DNA from: Telmatocola sphagniphila
Lineage (GTDB): Bacteria > Planctomycetota > Planctomycetia > Gemmatales > Gemmataceae
Direction of reading: 5' to 3'
NCBI RefSeq assembly: GCF_018398935.1
Contig: NZ_CP074694.1
Coordinates: forward strand, 1,470,001-1,502,000
Length of the DNA: 32,000 nt
Of the stretch, positions 25,582-32,000 are shown piece after piece. The notes below the pieces were generated by a model. It did not search any database and had not been told where the DNA came from. It saw nothing but the letters and a program-made list of their open reading frames with translations. A program made the position numbers and the translations under genes. How positions within the stretch are numbered: position 1 is the first letter of the stretch; every line of letters begins with the position of its first letter.

Positions 25582-26964
25582 TTAAAGCAGTTCCGAAATT
25601 GGTGTAGGCTCATCCAAAATGTTTGTCGGTCGTCCGGTTGGATCGATCAACTGCAGCTTGGGATCAATCCCCAGAACTTCGTAAATCGTCGAGTGAATAT
25701 GCGATGGTTTCACAGGGCGATCCTTTGGTTTTTCCCCCAATCGATCCGTAGAACCGATGATCTGGCCCCCCTTCACTCCACCGCCCCCCAGCAGACAAAA
25801 CATCGCATCTCCCCAGTGATCCCGGCCTGGGGTACCCTTGGACATCGGGGCGCCGCCATTGCCGCCATCGTTCATTCGCGGCGTGCGGCTAAATTCACCG
25901 CACAGCACCACCAGTGTGGAATCGAGCAAGCCGCGTTCCGAAAGATCGGTGAAGAGTCCCGCCACCGCGCTGTCCACGATGGGAAGTAATGTCTCGTAAC
26001 CTTTTTTCAAATCCCAGTGATGATCCCAACCGCCCAGATGGACGGTAACAAATGTTGTACCTGCCTCCACTAATCGTCTGGCGAGTAAAACACTCTGCCC
26101 CCAAGAGTGACGGCCGTACAGATCGCGAGTCGAAGCTTTCTCTTCAGCGATATCAAAGGCTTTGCGGGCGGTCGCACCGCAAACGAAATGAAATGCCTCT
26201 TCTGTGAATTTGTCCTTGGCAATGAAATCTCGCCGGTTTTCGAATTGCCGCTGCACACTATCGAAGTGCTGGAGCAACGTTTTGCGATTCTCGAGCCGAT
26301 CCATGGTCAAACCATTAGCCAGGTTCAAGTTCGGCACTTTGAAATTGGCTTGATTGGCATCCGCAACGGTTTCGAAAGGATTGTACTGAGCCCCCAGGAG
26401 ATGCCCGCCGAAGTAACCGGGCCGTAAGCCTACACTCATTCCGTAAGGGACACCCACATAACCTGGCATTCCTGGTTTGCGAGGTCCAGCTTCGCGATTG
26501 ACGATAGCACCAATGCCGGGAAATTTTTGCTCGTTATTTGCCCCACTGACACCCATGTCCTTCGCCGTCAGCATGCGGTGAGCTCCGGCAAAGTGATCGC
26601 CTGTATTATGATGGAGAGAACGGACAATGGAAAACTTGTCCGTGACTTTAGCTTGTTTGGGGTAGAGTTCGGTGATGTCGAACCCAGGGACTTTCGTTTT
26701 TATTGGTTTCCAGATTCCGCGATACTCAGCCGGAGCATCCGGTTTCATATCGTACATGTCCATATGGCCAGGACCGCCGTCGAGCCAGATGAGAATGCAG
26801 CGAGTATCGGGTTGGCTCAATTTGTTTTTTTGAGATTGGTCGCTGGCTTTCAAAAGAGCTGGAAGAGTTAGGGAAGCCATACCGGCTATGCCCAGCTGCA
26901 AAAAAGATCTTCGGCTTTGACCATCGCAATAACGATCCGAACGTCCAATGTCCAGTTGAAACAT
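25582..26964 (-). CDS. DUF1501 domain-containing protein (second copy, Tat signal)
   Basis: The track ORF extends to 27018 (a TTG). The ATG at 26964 has AAGGA upstream and gives MFQLDIGRSDRYCDGQSRRSFLQLGIAGMASLTLPALLKA. Family blocks are present: ILIWLDGGPGHMDMYDMKP, LGGWDHHWD, LCGEFSRTP, GRDHWGDAMFCLLGGGGVKGG. Confidence 0.88.
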   Translation of the reverse strand: MFQLDIGRSDRYCDGQSRRSFLQLGIAGMASLTLPALLKASDQSQKNKLSQPDTRCILIWLDGGPGHMDMYDMKPDAPAEYRGIWKPIKTKVPGFDITELYPKQAKVTDKFSIVRSLHHNTGDHFAGAHRMLTAKDMGVSGANNEQKFPGIGAIVNREAGPRKPGMPGYVGVPYGMSVGLRPGYFGGHLLGAQYNPFETVADANQANFKVPNLNLANGLTMDRLENRKTLLQHFDSVQRQFENRRDFIAKDKFTEEAFHFVCGATARKAFDIAEEKASTRDLYGRHSWGQSVLLARRLVEAGTTFVTVHLGGWDHHWDLKKGYETLLPIVDSAVAGLFTDLSERGLLDSTLVVLCGEFSRTPRMNDGGNGGAPMSKGTPGRDHWGDAMFCLLGGGGVKGGQIIGSTDRLGEKPKDRPVKPSHIHSTIYEVLGIDPKLQLIDPTGRPTNILDEPTPISELL

Positions 26965-27741
26965 GAGAGAGGTCCTTGAGAAGGAACTGGCAGATTCTTG
27001 AGGAGCAAGTTTGCTCAAACACGGCGGGTATCAACAATGTGTAGCATAATCCGACCGGACCTGGTCTGCAATCGGAAATCCTGGCTTTTCAGTTAGGTGG
27101 GCGGTTCGCGTAGCTCTAGTAGTTTTCCTCAAGGAGGGGGGAGCTCTGCGATCGAGTTGAAATTGTCAGTTTCAATCCGGTGACTTCAGCAAAGGCATTG
27201 GTGCTTCGCGCAAGTTACTGGCTGTATCCTGTTCAATTTCCGAACAGAAATCTTTTGAAATGACTTCGCCTGAGGACGGAGAGAGAAAAGGGTTTGGTAC
27301 TTTATTTGCACAAGCTAGATCGGCGAAGAAAATAATCTGACGGCTCTACCGCAGATTGCCTAACGGGAAAAGCTTGCTCCTTCGAGAACGTGAAAAAGTC
27401 ATTGATTTTGTGCGGAATATGGCTTTTTTGATACGTTGAAAAACATTCTCTTGACACTAACCACTCGCAATCGGTATTTCAAATCTCGCGAGACCGGATG
27501 AAATCTGCTCTGCAATTCTCAATCAGATGAACTCTTCAAAAGTGTTTGGCAGGTAACGATTCCATTCCATCTATCTTTCGGAAAAGATCAAAAGCCGGGT
27601 CGTGTCGATTCGAACTGCGCGAGTGGTTCGCGATGCGAAACAAAAAGCTGGTTTGCTTCAGATCGTGTGGGGGGCTTTCCGATCTGATTCGGCGACTGGT
27701 TTTTGATAGGGTGTCATTGTCAAAGTGTGTGGGGGAAAATT

Positions 27742-30700
27742 ATGCTGCGCAAACTTTTTACAGCACTTCGTGCACACAAAAAAAGCAAACCATACGTTGT
27801 TCGAAAATACAACACTCGCTTACGTTTGGAAGAATGTGAGTCCCGGGAGGTGCCAGCCGTCGGTGGGGGCTTTGCCGGAGGTGGAATAGTCGGCAACTAT
27901 TATGCCAATAATCAATTTGCAGGAACTCCTTCCTTTCAGCGCACCGATGTACGTCTCGACTTCAATTGGGGTAATCAATCTCCCGGAGGTTCGCTGTCGC
28001 CGAATTATGCTGCGGTGGGGGCCAACAATTCGCCCTACTCTGTTGTTTGGAATGGCACTCTGCTTCCCGCATTCAACGAGACTTATAACTTCTATGTCAA
28101 CACCGACATCAACGACTCGTTTCAAATATTCATTCGCGCAGTGAATCCTTCGCAATTGCCGAGCGATTATGCGAACTGGACGCCGGCTTCGTCCGATGCG
28201 GTGTCATTCAAACAAACGGCGGTTCGAGGTACCGAAACTACGTGGCAGGGGTCGTACGGTCCTTTCGTGGCAGATGGCAGCAAGCAGTACCAGATTCAGA
28301 TTCGCTTCAAGGAATCACCCGGAAATGCAGAATTCCATTTGCAATGGTCGAGTCCTTCAACACCGGCCGAGGTCATAGAAACGGCAAATGGTATTGGAGT
28401 AAATGTTGCGCAGCCGCACTACTACGATCAGAATTACTATTTTGCAGATGCGATGAAGAGCTCCCGCTGGTGGTGGGCACCCGCCAACAATCCTTATCTG
28501 AATTTGGATACCTCCAATGGTCCTTCAACTTATCCCGTTCAGACTGACTCAAATGGTTGGCCGATGACCGATGCCGCTATCGGAATCTTCGATGCCCTCA
28601 GCAATGCGGACGGCGTTTACGACATCACATTTCAAGGAAAAGCACAGGTTCAGATTTCGGGTTATTACTATGTGGGGGTGGATTCGGTTCAGCTACAGAT
28701 TCCCACTGCATCCGGTTGGACCAACCTGGCCTACGGCAACGTGAAAACTGCCGGACAGGGTTACGACCCAACAACCAACACTACTCATTTCCGAATCGTG
28801 CTGTCGCCGAAACTCGATTCGATCCAAACCAATTTGGGCCTGATTTTTACCAGTTCTCAAAGAACGGCCGCATCCCCGACGAACACGGGAATCACCAATC
28901 TGAGCGTGATGCGACCGCAAGATAACAATCCCACTACGCCGTATTCGAGTGGAACGATCTTTACTTCAGATTATGAAAGCTCACTCTCGCGATATTCCGT
29001 TTTGCGAATGATGGAAGGGACTAATGGCAACCAGTCAACCAGTTGGGATACGCGAACTCAGCCCACGGCGTTCAATCAGTTCGGGACCGTCAATCTCAGT
29101 TATCAGCCCTTTGGCAACGGCGATCCCGCGGAACGTAGCGAAGGTCGGGGGATGTCTTGGGAATATCGAATCATGCTGGCGAATGAAACCGGCAAGGATC
29201 TCTATATATCCATTCCAGAAAACGTGGACGATACCTATATTCGCAATCTCGCCAAATTGATCCAATATGGGAGCATCGCGCAGACGATCAACGGGGTCAC
29301 TACTTACCGACCCGCAAATCCGGGGGAGAAACCTGATTTCCCTCCCTTAAATTCGAATCTGCACGTTTATATCGAGTACTCGAATGAAGTTTGGAACAAT
29401 GCCCCGCCTTACAGCCAGAGCCAGGAAAATCTGATTAATGCTAAGTCTGCGGTGGCGGCCTATCAGGCAAACCCGAACTCGACTTCCTTGCAAGCTCAGG
29501 TCGGCCAGGGCTTAAACTACGACAACGTGAATGATCCCTACGTCTGGGCTCGCCGCTATCAGGCGTATCGGACAGCCATCATGTCGCAGATATTTCGCAG
29601 CGTGGTCGGCGATTCCGGAATGGGAACGCGAGTGCGCGCCGTTTACATGGCGCAGTATGCCAACGAAAACAATACTTCCCAGGATGCATTGTTTTTCCTG
29701 CAAAATCTAAATCTCGCCATGCCCACGATCTTTGGTAGCTCGGCTAAACCGGTGAGTTATTATCTCTGGGGCATGGGCGCCGCCACGTATTTCCAGGCTA
29801 GCAATCAATTCGGTCTGACAAAACTGGTGGCTGATAGTGATTTTTCCAGCCCGAACGTCCCCACTAATTCCACGCAATGGAATCCCTCCGCACCCGGATG
29901 GAGTTTCATCGGACGTGCCGGAATCCAGGACCAGGCAGGCGCTCAAAGTGCGATTCTGTTGGGGAACGGCAAAAATACTGCTGTCAACTCAGGTACTAAC
30001 CCGGCTGGCAGACTCCGCCTGACATTCACGATTCCCGCCAATCAGTCCTCCAATGTGTATGCGGTAACGTTCTCGGCAGCGAAAGTTCCCGGATCGGCTG
30101 CCAATGGCTTGGAAGTCTATCTTGATGCGAACAACCTGGCCTCGATCTCGGATAATTCCTCCCAGCGACTTACCAATAATGGTTTCTCTAATGGCTTGGC
30201 CAGCAGCATACAGCTAAGCGATAGTCTGACGACCTATTACAGTCTGACTTTCACCGGGGCGCCCGGGTCAACGCATACGATCGATTTCGTCGGGACCGCA
30301 GCCAACGGTCAGGCCCTAATCGATAATGTGCAGTTGCAAAGTGTCGATGCTCTTTTGACGGGAGCATCGCAGTCTCCTACCCCCTATCCCGATAATAACC
30401 CGGACTACGGGCAATCCTTCGCGGATTATCAGAGCCGTACGAATGCTGAATCGGATTGGGCGCGACTGTATGGTTTAAAGTTTGTCGGCTATGAAGGGGG
30501 CTGGGCTCTCGGCTCGGATCTGGGCGGCAAGTATGGTACCTACCCCCTGCTGGACTACGTGAAATTTAACATTACCAGCGCTGACCCGCAGTACAACAAC
30601 GTCCGGTTGATGCAAGCCAAGGCGATCGATACATTTGCTAAAGCCGGCGGCACGCTGGAAATTTTCGGAACTTACACTCAGTGGCGCGGCAGCAACAACG

Positions 30701-31668
30701 CCATACCAGGGCAATCCACACAGCCATTGCCAAGTGCCTACGATATTGCCAATAACCACTTACCTCCCGCCGCAAGTGGCAATCCCGATGCGAGTACGAC
30801 GATTTATGGTCCAAACAGCACCCTGAATTTGAGTAACGCGAATCTGACTTCCGCTGTGTATTACGGCAACTCCAATAACTCGACCTCCCAGCTGAACTCT
30901 CAACGCTCGAACCCGTATAACTTGTCGAGTAATTTTACCAGTCAGGACTGGGTGAACTGGAACGTCTTCGTGCCGACATCCGGTTTCTACAGGATCACGA
31001 GTTCGACTTCGGATCTGAATTCGGGTCAAGCTTCAATTTTCGTGGATGATCAAGCGATGACTTTCGACGGTGGCATAGGACAGGTGGCCGCAGCCGGTTC
31101 CGCGGCTACCGGAGTCGTGGCGTTAACCAAGGGCTTGCATACTATTCGCATTCAGGCGGTTTCCGGCCAATTCAATTTCAACAGTATCCAGGTGAGTAGT
31201 GTATTGAGTGCCTTCACGGGCAATCAACCTCGCTATTTAAGCGATATGACGCCGATAACCGCTTATAACAGTTGGGGACCGTACGAACGAGATATGAGTA
31301 ATGGAGAAGCGGCCGCGAACGATGGCCAGATGATTAGCATTGCGGGTCAAACTTTTGCCAAGGGGTTGGGTGTGCATTCGGGGAGTTCCTTGACCTACGC
31401 GATTCCTGCGGACGTCACCCGTTTTCAGGCGAATATCGGAGTCGACGATGAAGTAGGCAATAAAGGCTCAGTCGTATTTCAGGTCTATCTCGATGGAAAT
31501 TCAAATCCGGCTTACACTTCTTCGGTATTGCGCGGCTCCCAAGGTTCGGTTCCTATCAACATCAATGTCACCGGAGCACATACGCTGCGACTGGTAGTTA
31601 CAGATGCTGGGGATGGTCCAGATTACGATCATGCCGATTGGGCTAATGCTCGCTTTACCTCCAACTGA
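27742..31668 (+). CDS. Large multi-domain carbohydrate-active surface protein (PA14 + clan GH-A-like core with inserted beta-sandwich + CBM6/35-like + NPCBM)
   Basis: I prefer the ATG at 27742 (GGGGGA 6 nt upstream; 27703 is TTG). PA14 is seen as GNYYANNQFAGTPSFQRTDVRLDFNWG...YSVVWNGTLLPAFNETYNFYVNTDINDSFQIFI...EFHLQWSSP. IEYSNEVWN and FVGYEGGW are candidate catalytic Glu motifs. The C-terminal NPCBM (31234..31665) reads YLSDMTP...WGPYERDMSNGE...GQTFAKGLGVHS...ANIGVDDEVG..GSVVFQVYLDG...LRLVVTDAGDGPDYDHADWANARF. Confidence 0.85.
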   Translation: MLRKLFTALRAHKKSKPYVVRKYNTRLRLEECESREVPAVGGGFAGGGIVGNYYANNQFAGTPSFQRTDVRLDFNWGNQSPGGSLSPNYAAVGANNSPYSVVWNGTLLPAFNETYNFYVNTDINDSFQIFIRAVNPSQLPSDYANWTPASSDAVSFKQTAVRGTETTWQGSYGPFVADGSKQYQIQIRFKESPGNAEFHLQWSSPSTPAEVIETANGIGVNVAQPHYYDQNYYFADAMKSSRWWWAPANNPYLNLDTSNGPSTYPVQTDSNGWPMTDAAIGIFDALSNADGVYDITFQGKAQVQISGYYYVGVDSVQLQIPTASGWTNLAYGNVKTAGQGYDPTTNTTHFRIVLSPKLDSIQTNLGLIFTSSQRTAASPTNTGITNLSVMRPQDNNPTTPYSSGTIFTSDYESSLSRYSVLRMMEGTNGNQSTSWDTRTQPTAFNQFGTVNLSYQPFGNGDPAERSEGRGMSWEYRIMLANETGKDLYISIPENVDDTYIRNLAKLIQYGSIAQTINGVTTYRPANPGEKPDFPPLNSNLHVYIEYSNEVWNNAPPYSQSQENLINAKSAVAAYQANPNSTSLQAQVGQGLNYDNVNDPYVWARRYQAYRTAIMSQIFRSVVGDSGMGTRVRAVYMAQYANENNTSQDALFFLQNLNLAMPTIFGSSAKPVSYYLWGMGAATYFQASNQFGLTKLVADSDFSSPNVPTNSTQWNPSAPGWSFIGRAGIQDQAGAQSAILLGNGKNTAVNSGTNPAGRLRLTFTIPANQSSNVYAVTFSAAKVPGSAANGLEVYLDANNLASISDNSSQRLTNNGFSNGLASSIQLSDSLTTYYSLTFTGAPGSTHTIDFVGTAANGQALIDNVQLQSVDALLTGASQSPTPYPDNNPDYGQSFADYQSRTNAESDWARLYGLKFVGYEGGWALGSDLGGKYGTYPLLDYVKFNITSADPQYNNVRLMQAKAIDTFAKAGGTLEIFGTYTQWRGSNNAIPGQSTQPLPSAYDIANNHLPPAASGNPDASTTIYGPNSTLNLSNANLTSAVYYGNSNNSTSQLNSQRSNPYNLSSNFTSQDWVNWNVFVPTSGFYRITSSTSDLNSGQASIFVDDQAMTFDGGIGQVAAAGSAATGVVALTKGLHTIRIQAVSGQFNFNSIQVSSVLSAFTGNQPRYLSDMTPITAYNSWGPYERDMSNGEAAANDGQMISIAGQTFAKGLGVHSGSSLTYAIPADVTRFQANIGVDDEVGNKGSVVFQVYLDGNSNPAYTSSVLRGSQGSVPININVTGAHTLRLVVTDAGDGPDYDHADWANARFTSN

Positions 31669-31728
31669 TCGGGAGAGACGCGGGGAATTTTCTGAAATTC
31701 AATCTTCAAGAGGAAGGCGTGGAATAAA

Positions 31729-32000
31729 ATGACAACAGATTCCTGCATTCGATTTTTTGAGGAGTCGAAGGTGAATAATACAGCTTTATTTCGACGGGGA
31801 GTTGTCCTGCCGTTGAACGATCAGGCCGAAGAAAATCTCCGCTGCAACCACATCGACAAGTCCGCCGAAGTTCGATACCTGCCTATTCAATCCGAAGAGT
31901 TGTTTAACGATCTCTGCTCGCAAGGTTTATTCCATGAGATCAACCGTCGCTGCGGCTCTTTTATTACAGATAAGGAATCGGAATTGGTGGAAGCCGCACT
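31729..32000 (+). CDS. Hypothetical protein, 5' partial (runs off the window)
   Basis: An open frame runs from ATG 31729 to the window edge (about 90 codons: MTTDSCIRFFEESKVNNTALFRRGVVLPLNDQAEENLRCNHIDK...). I recognise no motif and there is no convincing RBS. It is absent from the ORF track, presumably because it is truncated. Confidence 0.3.
   Translation, partial: MTTDSCIRFFEESKVNNTALFRRGVVLPLNDQAEENLRCNHIDKSAEVRYLPIQSEELFNDLCSQGLFHEINRRCGSFITDKESELVEAA

Noticed and set aside
77-27703. ORF-track start codons at 77 (GTG), 8713, 11940 (TTG), 27018 (TTG) and 27703 (TTG)
   Set aside because: In each case a downstream ATG (95, 8650, 11955, 26964, 27742) gives a better N-terminus (signal peptide or Tat motif directly after the start) and/or a better Shine-Dalgarno-like purine run. 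The longer forms remain possible.
27546-27839. 97-aa plus-strand ORF overlapping the start of the giant gene
   Set aside because: It has a TTG start and a Cys/Arg/Ser-rich product, and it overlaps the well-supported 27742 start in another frame. It is probably non-coding leader sequence.
31685-31700. GAATTT-tctg-AAATTC hairpin after the giant gene as an intrinsic terminator
   Set aside because: The stem is only 6 bp and A/T-only, with no U-tract. That is too weak to call.
1-32000. Search for CRISPR arrays, IS elements, integrases, prophage genes or long direct/inverted repeats
   Set aside because: I found no repeat-spacer periodicity and no transposase, integrase or phage-like translation in any of the tracked ORFs. 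A visual scan cannot exclude short or degenerate repeats.

Overview
The window looks like a densely coding chromosomal segment from a Planctomycetota (PVC-type) genome. This is inferred from the density of lineage-typical families: DUF1552, two DUF1501, one PSCyt1/DUF1549/DUF1553 protein, one PVC-type heme-binding CxxCH protein, and a giant PA14/NPCBM protein with an 'LxLExxExRxVPA' leader. I support 18 protein-coding loci plus one partial ORF at the right edge. By eye I found no rRNA, tRNA, CRISPR array, transposase, integrase or long repeat. Recognisable modules:
- A PSCyt-DUF1501 gene pair.
- A sucrose/fructan utilisation cluster (sugar-porter MFS, PfkB fructokinase, GH32, HGSNAT-like acyltransferase). 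The transporter carries a single in-frame TAG.
- A heme-dehydrogenase plus lactonase pair.
- An ABC ATPase plus a 1199-aa double-permease::M1-metallopeptidase fusion. This is my best candidate for an uncharacterised system.
- An FHA-domain protein whose kinase domain has lost the catalytic HRD aspartate.
- A roughly 1300-aa multi-domain carbohydrate-active surface protein.
All family calls rest on motif recognition in the supplied translations. No HMM, BLAST or structure search was run, so family names are hypotheses with the stated confidences.
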